Of a stretch of 61,701 nucleotides of DNA, positions 9,620 to 18,220 are shown piece after piece. Source of the DNA: Minisyncoccota bacterium (lineage in GTDB: Bacteria; Patescibacteriota; Minisyncoccia; Phycocordibacterales; Phycocordibacteraceae); the NCBI GenBank assembly GCA_038106525.1, contig JAYOEC010000003.1, positions 1 through 61,701 on the forward strand, given 5' to 3'. The position numbers and the translations under genes are program-made. Positions within the stretch are counted from its first letter, which is position 1; every line of letters starts with the position of its first letter. The notes below the pieces were generated by a model, which ran no database searches, had not been told where the DNA came from, and saw only the letters and a program-made list of their open reading frames with translations.

Positions 9620-10950
9620 GCAGAGAGCGGCCCATCGATGCGATGCATGTCACGGGGAAACATTGACGCTTCACGAATGTTTTTCAGCCCTAAGATCTGC
9701 ATGGTCATCCGCTCAGCGCCAAAGGCAAAACCTCCTTCTGGGGGAACGCCATAGCGGAATGCTTCAAGGAATAGCTCGATCTTTTTTGGATCCATGCCCC
9801 ACTTTTGCACATGATCCATCAGTTGTTCGTAGTCGTTGATTCGCCGACCTCCCGAAAGCCACTCAACTCCACGGCACAGGAGATCCATGCCTTCGTTATA
9901 TTTTGGATTCTCGGTGCTCGGGTATACATAAAAGGGTTTTTCATGAGTCGGGTACCCGTGCACAAAGACAAAGTCTGAGCCAGTCTCCGCTCGTACTATC
10001 TCGCACAGTCGCCGTTCCTGCTCCGGATTCAGGTCCTTCTCGTCCGCAGCGCCAATCTTTTGGAGTGCTTCCGTAAGAGAGTAGGTTGGGGTTTTCTCAA
10101 TCATTGCTGGAAGCGTCGCGCCCAATAACTCGAGCTCTGGTGCGCAGGTCTCCCCTACGACGGCAAGTATGTGCCGCACTGTAGATTCAGCCATGTCACG
10201 CACATCAGTCCACGAATCAATAAAACCGAACTCCGCATCCAGCGATACGATCTCAGTAAGGTGGCGTGTGGTTTGAGATGGTTCAGCGCGAAAAACCTTG
10301 TTTACAGAAAAGACCCGCTCAAATGCCGTCATTGCAACCTGCTTGTAGAGCTGCGGCGATTGTGAAAGATATGCCACTGTATCAAAGTACTTGACCTGAA
10401 ATACTTCAGCGCCGCCCTCTGCAGTAGCAGGAGTGATAGAAGGAGCTTGAAATTCAAAAAAATCCTTTGACTTCATAAACTCTCGGAACGAGTCAATAAT
10501 GACCGAACCTACCTTGAAAATTGCTCGGTTTTTGGGATGCCGCATTGCAAGGGCACGGTGATCAAGTTCGGTAGTAAGGTCGAGGTTGTAGCCGTCCATC
10601 GACATATCGAACGGAAGCGGTTCCGCCTTCCCTAGCACCCTCATCGAGGTCACCTCAAGTTCGATGTCGCCGTTCTGCACCTTTGCATTAACATTCTTCT
10701 CTGGTCGCGCGTTCACATTTCCCATCACTTCAACCGCATACTCAAGTCCAACATCCTTCACCACCTCCATCGCCAAACTATTCGGAAGCACAACGCCCTG
10801 AACCTTACCTGACCGATCGCGAAAATCAAAAAACACCATTTTCCCTTGGTCGCGTCGAACATCAACCCACCCCTTAATCAACGCCGACGAACCTGCATGC
10901 TTTCGTAAGTCTGCAATTAATACCCGCTCCATGCTTGTACTATAGCGCAA
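9616..10950 (-). CDS. aspS: aspartyl-tRNA synthetase, short archaeal/type-2 form (AsnRS not fully excluded)
   Basis: 444-aa class IIb aaRS. Has an N-terminal OB fold (ALIKGWVDVRRDQGKMVFFDFRDRSG), motif 2 FRAEPSQTTRHLTE and motif 3 GGFAFGAERM. The likely true start is ATG 10932 (MERVLIADL), which removes the overlap with trpS. Confidence 0.75.
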   Translation of the reverse strand: MRYSTSMERVLIADLRKHAGSSALIKGWVDVRRDQGKMVFFDFRDRSGKVQGVVLPNSLAMEVVKDVGLEYAVEVMGNVNARPEKNVNAKVQNGDIELEVTSMRVLGKAEPLPFDMSMDGYNLDLTTELDHRALAMRHPKNRAIFKVGSVIIDSFREFMKSKDFFEFQAPSITPATAEGGAEVFQVKYFDTVAYLSQSPQLYKQVAMTAFERVFSVNKVFRAEPSQTTRHLTEIVSLDAEFGFIDSWTDVRDMAESTVRHILAVVGETCAPELELLGATLPAMIEKTPTYSLTEALQKIGAADEKDLNPEQERRLCEIVRAETGSDFVFVHGYPTHEKPFYVYPSTENPKYNEGMDLLCRGVEWLSGGRRINDYEQLMDHVQKWGMDPKKIELFLEAFRYGVPPEGGFAFGAERMTMQILGLKNIREASMFPRDMHRIDGPLSA

Positions 10951-11875
10951 CTCCTATTTTTTGGCGAACTTCAGCCATTTTTTTCGAGGCGAGCGCCCGA
11001 GCCTTTTCCCCGCCATCCTGCAGCACACTTCGAACATCGTCATCGGTAATCGCAGCATATCGCTCGCGCATTGGAGCAATATGCGCGTCTATATCTTCAA
11101 TGAGTATCTCTTTGAGCTCTTTATACTTTCCGCGACTGGTATCATATATGGCAGCAAGCTCCTCGGGTGTTCGATACAGTGCATGTATCGCGTACACATG
11201 TTCCGGCATCCCGCCAGAAGAGTCGGTAACAATTGACATCACTGCCTTTACAATCTCATCCCTGGTGCCAAAGAGCGGAATCGTATTGCGGTAGCTTTTA
11301 CTCATTTTTGCTCCATCAGTCCCCGGAACCACCGCAACCTCAGAGCTAATTTGCTCTTGTGGAATCATAAATGTTTCTCCGAACGCAGCATTAAACTTTG
11401 AGGCTGCCTCGCGCGCATATTCGACATGCTGGCGCTGATCCTCGCCGACCGGCACCAGCTCGGTGTCGTATAGAAGGATATCTGCTGCCATGAGCATCGG
11501 ATAGGTAAACAGTCCGGCATTGGCCTCAAGACCTTTTGCTACCTTATCTTTATAGGCATGGGCCTGCATTAAAAACGGCACCGTCACCAGACAGTTCAAA
11601 ATCCAGGCTAGCTCAGTATGCTCCTGCACATCGGACTGCTTAAAGAGCGTCAGCTTTTTGGGGTCGACGCCTGCGGCAATGTATGCTCTAACTGCGTCAA
11701 AAATATTTGCTCTCAAAATCTCAGGACTGCGGACTGTAGTGAGCGCATGGTAGTCAGGTACAAAGAGGAAACTATCGTACTTCTGATACTCCTCGACGAA
11801 TGGCTTAAGTGCACCAAAATAGTTTCCGATGTGGAACGCGCCACTCGGCTGCAGGCCCGTGAGTCTCCGCTTCAT
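10940..11875 (-). CDS. trpS: tryptophanyl-tRNA synthetase
   Basis: 311-aa ORF with TGLQPSGAFHIGNYFG (HIGH-type) and GAKMSKSY (KMSKS). Size and layout are typical of TrpRS. Confidence 0.9.
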   Translation of the reverse strand: MKRRLTGLQPSGAFHIGNYFGALKPFVEEYQKYDSFLFVPDYHALTTVRSPEILRANIFDAVRAYIAAGVDPKKLTLFKQSDVQEHTELAWILNCLVTVPFLMQAHAYKDKVAKGLEANAGLFTYPMLMAADILLYDTELVPVGEDQRQHVEYAREAASKFNAAFGETFMIPQEQISSEVAVVPGTDGAKMSKSYRNTIPLFGTRDEIVKAVMSIVTDSSGGMPEHVYAIHALYRTPEELAAIYDTSRGKYKELKEILIEDIDAHIAPMRERYAAITDDDVRSVLQDGGEKARALASKKMAEVRQKIGVAL

Positions 11876-11892
11876 GTTGTTATTGTAGCAAT

Positions 11893-13512
11893 TTACACCG
11901 TTATTGGCAGCTCCACAACAAAATTACTTCCCCTTCCCTCTCCAGCCGAAGAGGCAGTGAGTATCCCCTTGTGTGCTTCGACATGGGCCTTGGATATATA
12001 GAGACCAACACCGGTAGATGACGGGTTAATCTTTTTCGAGTCCTCACCCGGACTAAAGAGCTTAAAGAGGTTCTGCATAGTCTTTTGCGACATCCCAACT
12101 CCAGTATCGGAAATGGTGAGTCTGGCGCGCAGACCCACTCTCTCGAGAGTAAGCGATACTGACCCTTGTGGAGTGTACTTAATTGAATTATCAATAAGAT
12201 TTGCAAGGACTTCGTTCATTTTTGCCCGATCAAGCTTGGCCATGAGATGTTCAGCCCCCGGTGATATAGCAAGCGAAAGCGCAATCCCCTTCTGCCCTGC
12301 GCTGTTGTTAAAGAAGTGAGCTGCGTCTCGAACCAGTGCAGTGAAGTCTACATTTTCAAAGTCATACTTCATTCTTCCCTGCTCAATTCGGGAGACATTA
12401 AGGTAAGTCTCAACCAACTTGGTCATGTCAGTCGCACGATCAAACACCTGTTGCAGTCCGGCCTCGGCTGCTGGTGGTACCGTGCCGTAACTACCGTCAA
12501 GAAGCAACGAAACAAAGTTCCGAATCGCTGTGATCGGAGTCCTCAGATCATGCGAAGCAATAGACAAAAACTGAGATTTCAGCTTATCAAGCTCAGTCAA
12601 TCGTGCATTCTTAATCTCAAGTTCCTTATACAAGCGCTGTATCTCCTCGCGAGATTCGACCTCCTTATAAACACTCCGCAAAAGCAAATAACTCAAAATG
12701 GATACCAGAACCACGATTGCTGTCTTTAGTAACAACTCTTCAGTCGATGCACTAAGAAAGAGTTCAATAACAAGAAAAGCGATGATAAAGACAACAAAAA
12801 CCTCTGTGGCGATCGTCTTAAGCCTGAAAAGCTTAAACTGAAAAATAGTGTAGAACATTGAAGCAACCCACACCAGAGTAATCAAATTTGCCACCCAATT
12901 GAATGTGTGGATACCGTACCATGGGAGTGTAAGGTTCCCTAAAAGGCCGAATGTTGAAGTGCTGAGTACGGCAATAAGCAAAATGAGTGACTTTCTTCCC
13001 AATTCCCTATCCTCTGAACGAATGTAGCAAAGCAAGAGGAGTACAAAAGAAACTGGGAAAAAGAGCATGTAGTGGGACATGTATGCAACATAGCCCAAAC
13101 CAAACATTACAACTTTCTCTCCTACATCAGGAACAGCTACCGATACGATAACCAGATCAGAGAACAAAGTCACTAACCCAATTACAATTGCGGAAGCGTA
13201 GGCGAAGACGATAAGTGCAAGCGGGACTTTAAATACTGGTTTTACAAGCTGCAGGACAAAATGAAAGAAAAAAGTTGGTATAAATATTGAAAAAATGTGG
13301 TGCAGGCGTGTTACAAAGAGAAGTGTTCCATCATCCACCGAGAGGGCGCGGTAATATACAAAAACGATAGACCAAAGAATAATCGCCATCGAAATTGCAG
13401 CAAAGGACAGATTTAGTGATCTGTTGGTTCGCTCACTATGAAAATATACTGACACCGCAAGATATGCGTTTACCAGTATGGCGGAAACAATAAGGATGTT
13501 TATGACATCCAT
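11893..13512 (-). CDS. membrane sensor histidine kinase (orphan)
   Basis: 539-aa ORF with about 7-8 N-terminal TM helices. Has H-box SIASHDLRTPITAI, N-box LIDNSIKYT, G1 DTGVGM and G2 GVGLYISK. No response regulator is present in the window. Confidence 0.8.
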   Translation of the reverse strand: MDVINILIVSAILVNAYLAVSVYFHSERTNRSLNLSFAAISMAIILWSIVFVYYRALSVDDGTLLFVTRLHHIFSIFIPTFFFHFVLQLVKPVFKVPLALIVFAYASAIVIGLVTLFSDLVIVSVAVPDVGEKVVMFGLGYVAYMSHYMLFFPVSFVLLLLCYIRSEDRELGRKSLILLIAVLSTSTFGLLGNLTLPWYGIHTFNWVANLITLVWVASMFYTIFQFKLFRLKTIATEVFVVFIIAFLVIELFLSASTEELLLKTAIVVLVSILSYLLLRSVYKEVESREEIQRLYKELEIKNARLTELDKLKSQFLSIASHDLRTPITAIRNFVSLLLDGSYGTVPPAAEAGLQQVFDRATDMTKLVETYLNVSRIEQGRMKYDFENVDFTALVRDAAHFFNNSAGQKGIALSLAISPGAEHLMAKLDRAKMNEVLANLIDNSIKYTPQGSVSLTLERVGLRARLTISDTGVGMSQKTMQNLFKLFSPGEDSKKINPSSTGVGLYISKAHVEAHKGILTASSAGEGRGSNFVVELPITV

Positions 13513-13521
13513 CCCTCAATT

Positions 13522-14700
13522 CTACATCCTATTTGTGCGAGCCGCTCGAACTGTTGCAATATCCTCCCTTGTGTATGTCTTAATATAGTTTTGAAAGTTT
13601 CCTTTTTTAACACCAGTCCTTGCTGCAAGCGCATCAAGCCTTTCGAGTTCAGTAAAATCAATCTTCAGCAACTCGCCAATATTATAGTGCGTGTCAATCT
13701 CAGATGCAGCAAGCACCACTACTTCCGCCAGGCAGCTGTATATATCAGTCTTATTTTGCAATCCAATATTGATGTGAACATCTATGTTATCTGTCTGCAC
13801 TGCGCCGCCCTCAAGAACAAGCACATCCGGCCTCGTTTTAATTACCTGGGAATCCACATTTACAGGTTTTGCATCATCGACAACAACTGTCCCTGGCTTT
13901 AAATGCTCTGACTTAACGAAAGCATCCACCCTGTTCGTCGCAACAATTATTAAATCAGATTGCGGAAGCGATCCTAGATCCTCACAAACTGTCGCAGTAA
14001 CTGATGGGTTACTTTGTTTCATAATTGAAATAATTTCCTCAAGACGCTGACGCTTGCCTGATAGGTCAATAAGATTAAAGTTAAAGTAGCCAAGATGTGC
14101 AAGAATCTGAGCTGATGCAGATCCTATTGAGCCGGCGGCACCAACAATTGATACCTGCGCACTTTGAGGAGAAATCCCAACCTCCACTGCTCCACGGTGA
14201 GCAAGGTCGCAAACATTTTTGGCAGTAAAAAGTCTTCCTGTGATAATTATTGATTTCGTTTTGTCAGCAAGTGTTTTGCCACCTTTTGTAAGGGATGCTG
14301 AAAGCGCACCAAGTCCGATAAACTTTGCGCCCTTCCGCTCTGCAAGTGCCACAGTTCTCAAAAAACTTTTCTCTGCGTTGTCTCGATCATGCACCAAAAG
14401 CTCTGGGATTATTGGCGAAGAAATCATCCAACCAGGTATTTCCTTTCCTGTTCGATGATTTATTACTCCAGTTATGCGAGAAACTGTTATGGGCCAAAAC
14501 CAAAGCAAAAATTTAAATACAATATTTTTTGGAAATAGCTTCAGAAATGGGTAGTATCTGTATACATCTCCCATATCCCGCGGATGTACTACGAAGGCAA
14601 AACCCTCGAGCCTTTGAAAAGGGGGAAACTGCAAAAGCAAAAGATCTAATATTGCACTGAATACTCTTTTAAGTGTTTTCATATTTGCTTTTAAGCTCAT
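13522..14700 (-). CDS. acyl-ACP/acyl-thioester reductase-like NAD(P)-dependent oxidoreductase (cyanobacterial AAR-like)
   Basis: 392-aa ORF. By memory it is collinear with cyanobacterial acyl-ACP reductase: FVVHPRD, GLGALSASLTKGG, ITGRLFTA, Rossmann VSIVGAAGSIGSA, VLEGGAVQ, CLAEVVVLA. An alternative ATG lies at 14682. Confidence 0.55.
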   Translation of the reverse strand: MSLKANMKTLKRVFSAILDLLLLQFPPFQRLEGFAFVVHPRDMGDVYRYYPFLKLFPKNIVFKFLLWFWPITVSRITGVINHRTGKEIPGWMISSPIIPELLVHDRDNAEKSFLRTVALAERKGAKFIGLGALSASLTKGGKTLADKTKSIIITGRLFTAKNVCDLAHRGAVEVGISPQSAQVSIVGAAGSIGSASAQILAHLGYFNFNLIDLSGKRQRLEEIISIMKQSNPSVTATVCEDLGSLPQSDLIIVATNRVDAFVKSEHLKPGTVVVDDAKPVNVDSQVIKTRPDVLVLEGGAVQTDNIDVHINIGLQNKTDIYSCLAEVVVLAASEIDTHYNIGELLKIDFTELERLDALAARTGVKKGNFQNYIKTYTREDIATVRAARTNRM

Positions 14701-15376
14701 GGACCCTTTTCATTATAGCCCGGGCAGCAGCCTTATACTCCTCGACAGTAACCTCACTATCAGAGAGCAGGTTGAGTGATTCAGTAGTTATTACCTCCCC
14801 AAAGACAATCTTTATTTGGTGCTTTCCGATAAGCATCCTTGGCACGGTCAGTCCTTTGGTGCCAAGTATTGCAGTAATTACAATTGGTGCCCCTGTTGCA
14901 TGCGCAAGATATGCGACTCCCCCATGGACTGGGGCGTCGTTTCCGTGATATTTTTCCTCGCCCGCTTGCGGAAAAAAGTTGAAATCATAACCATCATACA
15001 CAACGCGGACATGGGTTTTGAGCGCCTTTGAGTAATCCTTGAGTCCACTAGGTGCAATAGGTGCACCGCAGGCAAGAAAGAGCGAGTCGGTGAAGATGTA
15101 CTTCCTCCAACCAGTCCAACCATAGGTTTTGCGATCTCGAGATAGCCAAAACAATGGGCTTCTTCGAGAGATCCAGGGCAGCGCCGCCCTGACAACGAAA
15201 GGATCAATTTGATTCGGGTGGTTTGCTACGATAATAACTGATTCCTTAATGCTACTAAGCAGCTTGTAATTCTCAACAGTGAGCTTACCAAAAATGTAAA
15301 GAAGTGGCGCAAGGATAGGCCAAAGCAAAGTTTGAACGAGTAACGGGATAAGAGCGTAACTTCGCAATCGCTTCAT
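14669..15376 (-). CDS. PlsC/LPLAT-family acyltransferase
   Basis: 235-aa ORF with an N-terminal TM segment and HX4D motif (VANHPNQIDPFV), plus a downstream FPQAGEE-type block. Has an ATGA overlap with the upstream gene. Confidence 0.7.
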   Translation of the reverse strand: MKRLRSYALIPLLVQTLLWPILAPLLYIFGKLTVENYKLLSSIKESVIIVANHPNQIDPFVVRAALPWISRRSPLFWLSRDRKTYGWTGWRKYIFTDSLFLACGAPIAPSGLKDYSKALKTHVRVVYDGYDFNFFPQAGEEKYHGNDAPVHGGVAYLAHATGAPIVITAILGTKGLTVPRMLIGKHQIKIVFGEVITTESLNLLSDSEVTVEEYKAAARAIMKRVHELKSKYENT

Positions 15377-16140
15377 GCTGTTTTTTGAGCCGGGTAAAAT
15401 TTATCCTCCCACTTGCGCTGTGCATCGATCCCATCTCTTATGTAAGGACTAAAAATTGCAAGGTTAAAAATTAGTTTGTTAACGATATATGCCGGGAACC
15501 TAACCGGTCGCTCAAAATCAACAAATAATACGACGCGCACCTCATCCGTGCGATTCCACGCTTCGTGTTCAAAAGAATCATCGAATATTGAAACCTTTCC
15601 CTCTTCCCAGTGCAGCACCTCTTTATCTACGCGTATTGCCACATCACCCTTTGGGATCACAAGTCCCAAATGGAGCCTTAGAACTCCATTAAATGGACCA
15701 CGGTGGGGGCGCAGATGTTTACCAGGGTCAAAGATTGAGAACATTGCAGTTTGAAGTCCTGGGATACTTTGCAGCGCTGCCCATGTCTTTGGACAAGAAC
15801 TAATGTTTTTCTCTGAGCGCACACCAAATGCAGTAAAGAAATAAGTCTTCCAACCATTGTCAGTTGTTATTGCTCGCACATCAGTTACGATATCCTGAAA
15901 GTTTCCCAAGTCATTTTTGCGTTTCAATATCCCCATGAGCTCGCTCCTTATTGTAGGATACGCTGCTTCAACATCTGAAACCCATGGGAATAATTTCGTA
16001 TCAAATACAGGATGATTTCCTACCTTTGAGTAGCGAATTGTCCAGCGCTCAGCAAATATAAGAATTTGCACCAAGAGCTTCGCAAAAAAACCGCGCCCAT
16101 CGGTGGGAAGTGGCGCATTAGCAGCTGTCGTTGGACCCAT
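15373..16140 (-). CDS. aspartyl/asparaginyl beta-hydroxylase-family Fe(II)/2OG dioxygenase (LpxO/OlsC-like)
   Basis: 255-aa ORF with FDPGKHLRPHRGPFNGVLRLHLGLVIP ... FDDSFEHEAWNRTDEVRVVLFVDFERP, matching the bacterial Asp/Asn beta-hydroxylase domain pattern. Confidence 0.75.
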   Translation of the reverse strand: MGPTTAANAPLPTDGRGFFAKLLVQILIFAERWTIRYSKVGNHPVFDTKLFPWVSDVEAAYPTIRSELMGILKRKNDLGNFQDIVTDVRAITTDNGWKTYFFTAFGVRSEKNISSCPKTWAALQSIPGLQTAMFSIFDPGKHLRPHRGPFNGVLRLHLGLVIPKGDVAIRVDKEVLHWEEGKVSIFDDSFEHEAWNRTDEVRVVLFVDFERPVRFPAYIVNKLIFNLAIFSPYIRDGIDAQRKWEDKFYPAQKTA

Positions 16141-16143
16141 ACA

Positions 16144-16644
16144 CTATCGTCCCAAAAAGAAAACACCGCCGACCCCTGCAAGCAGCCAATAAAAGAGGTA
16201 CCCGTCTGCAAAGAGTGCGCGGGTTGGTTCGCTAATCGCATATATTTCAGCAAGCGGTAAGAGATGCAGTCCGACTGCAAGAAACATGCCTGCGGTAACC
16301 ACCGAGAGGCCAAGGACCTTTATGAACCCAGTTCCGGATGACGGGATCCAACTTGCAAGCCCAAGGAATGCAATTGTGCCAATAGCAATAAAAATGAAAA
16401 AGACTCCAAAGTGCAAATACGGATTTGAGCCAATCGCATCAAAAAATGGGAAGTAGGTGTATAAGGGTATCGCAGCAAAAAGGCCGCCAATCAGCGGAAT
16501 TAATCTGTCTCTACCAAAGTAGAAAGCATACGCGGCTACCAATGCCGCAACAACAATGAATGCAAAAAAATCAGACCCGACACCGATAAAAAAATCCGCT
16601 GCATCGGTCGCCGCACCAGTTATATCCGGAACTGTGCTGTCCAT
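16144..16644 (-). CDS. hypothetical polytopic membrane protein
   Basis: About 166 aa from ATG 16644 (ORF-track start is 16689). Has 4-5 hydrophobic helices and no recognisable motif. Lies 3 nt upstream of the hydroxylase gene. Confidence 0.5.
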   Translation of the reverse strand: MDSTVPDITGAATDAADFFIGVGSDFFAFIVVAALVAAYAFYFGRDRLIPLIGGLFAAIPLYTYFPFFDAIGSNPYLHFGVFFIFIAIGTIAFLGLASWIPSSGTGFIKVLGLSVVTAGMFLAVGLHLLPLAEIYAISEPTRALFADGYLFYWLLAGVGGVFFLGR

Positions 16645-16654
16645 GACACCGCCA

Positions 16655-17173
16655 CTATAGCACTTTATGAGCACTCCACTCTGCCCCACTCTGGATAAGC
16701 AGCCAATCCATGGGTTCGTCCCACGGCTCTCGCTTCAATATCTCATCGGAAAATTGCTTTTTTCTGAGAATTCCCACTTTGACCCAATCTTTGTGTAGTC
16801 CACGAATGCATCGGTCATACCAACCACCTCCCCTCCCCAGCCGGGTTCCGGTGCGATCAAATTGTGTTCCTGGAACCAGAATCATCCCGCTACCAAGCAA
16901 GTTAATCTTTTGCGCCCAACCGATAGGATCCGATTTTTTATCCTGAGGGATAATCAAATTAGGATTCCCAAACACACCAACTGCTCTCCAGTCAGGCTCA
17001 TCCGAAAGCGGAGCATACCCGATCAGGGCTTTTTGCGCTGTGACCAAGCACACGAAATCACTTTGCAACATTTCCGGACTCAATTGCGCGAAGTACTTGT
17101 AAGTATAGATCTTCGACAACTGCCTGTTGCGCGTCGCCAACAGCTGCATAGTGATCAAGGCCCGGGGCTGCAT
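16655..17173 (-). CDS. 5-formyltetrahydrofolate cyclo-ligase family protein
   Basis: 172-aa ORF with VPGTQFDRTGTRLGRGGGWYDR, the G-x-R-L-G-x-G-x-G-Y-Y-D-R signature of MTHFS. The start is uncertain (ATG 17173, 17149 or 17071), and every candidate overlaps the upstream ATP-grasp gene. Confidence 0.7.
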   Translation of the reverse strand: MQPRALITMQLLATRNRQLSKIYTYKYFAQLSPEMLQSDFVCLVTAQKALIGYAPLSDEPDWRAVGVFGNPNLIIPQDKKSDPIGWAQKINLLGSGMILVPGTQFDRTGTRLGRGGGWYDRCIRGLHKDWVKVGILRKKQFSDEILKREPWDEPMDWLLIQSGAEWSAHKVL

Positions 17174-18107
17174 TTATCTCAATCACTGTATACGAATCTT
17201 CGTGCAGAGGAGTGTCTATTGAATCTCTCACTAAAAGATCAACTCCTGCGAGTCTCAGCCCCATATCCTTCGCAAGTCTTGCAGCCAATGCAACATATGC
17301 AGGGTTAAGAGTTTTTGACACATCAACCGCCTCTCCGCCAGTAGATAGATTGGCGTTGTCAAGAAGCCTAACGGGAGTGCCACATTTCGGGATAGAGTTA
17401 AGAGACATTCCGGCGCGGCGCAGTTTGCGCAATATTCGAGGATCGGACTCGTCTATGTGCGTACTCCTACCCTTCGCATAAAATCTATTCTGCATTTCTT
17501 TAATAAGGGTACGGATTGTAGATGCTCCATCTCCGATAACGGTGAGTGGGGTGCGTTCATAGGCAGAGATCAGTGATCCGTCAAGGACTACGAGGCGGTA
17601 ATCGCGACCTTGATGATACCGCTGTACAAGAAGTATCTTATCTTGTTCAAATACAACCCGCGCTGCTTCATAAAAATCCTTCTTTCCATAAACGACTGCG
17701 ACACCCTTCCCTTGCGATCCACTATTCGGCTTGAGAACTACCGGGAAACCGAGTGACTGAGCGTACTCATATGCATCCCTGAGCGTCCGATTCTGAGCCC
17801 CTATCGCCGTATGCCAATCCTTCCTAAAGAAGGTTTTACCCTCTATGGTTGGATACCCAGAGATGCGCATGAAGTAGCTCGCATAGTCCTTATCCTTAGC
17901 AATGTCAGCTGCTCCAACTGGATTTAGATCGACCGTATTGTAACGAAAGTAGCTGATTGTTCCATTCTTAAAAATGATTCGTCCCGCAATCCCCCATTCT
18001 GGTTCAATCTCCACCCGAGCGCCAATCCGGGGCGCAATATCAGCAAAGAGCCTCCCCATGAGATGGGACTCTTTTTTAGGCTTTTTAGGGCCCTGTTCAT
18101 TCGCCAT
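17058..18107 (-). CDS. ATP-grasp ligase (cyanophycin-synthetase / RimK-like ATP-grasp domain)
   Basis: 349-aa ORF with FPVVLKPNSGSQGKGVAVV, RLVVLDG and YTVIEINAAPGLDHY, the typical ATP-grasp nucleotide-binding blocks. Confidence 0.7.
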   Translation of the reverse strand: MANEQGPKKPKKESHLMGRLFADIAPRIGARVEIEPEWGIAGRIIFKNGTISYFRYNTVDLNPVGAADIAKDKDYASYFMRISGYPTIEGKTFFRKDWHTAIGAQNRTLRDAYEYAQSLGFPVVLKPNSGSQGKGVAVVYGKKDFYEAARVVFEQDKILLVQRYHQGRDYRLVVLDGSLISAYERTPLTVIGDGASTIRTLIKEMQNRFYAKGRSTHIDESDPRILRKLRRAGMSLNSIPKCGTPVRLLDNANLSTGGEAVDVSKTLNPAYVALAARLAKDMGLRLAGVDLLVRDSIDTPLHEDSYTVIEINAAPGLDHYAAVGDAQQAVVEDLYLQVLRAIESGNVAK

Positions 18108-18113
18108 GGCCCC

Positions 18114-18141
18114 AGTATCTCAAACGGCAAGTACTCGTCAA
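18114..18141 (-). promoter_or_regulatory. candidate sigma70-type promoter for the ATP-grasp/lipid operon
   Basis: Minus strand reads TTGACG-N16-GATACT, then 6 nt (GGGGCC), then ATG at 18107. This would give a leaderless or near-leaderless mRNA. Confidence 0.4.
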
Positions 18142-18220
18142 ATGCCACTTCACTGCAGTTTTTTAAAGACTAAAGCAATGCCAGAGGATACTTATTGAGT
18201 CTGCATTTCAAACCTCGCAG

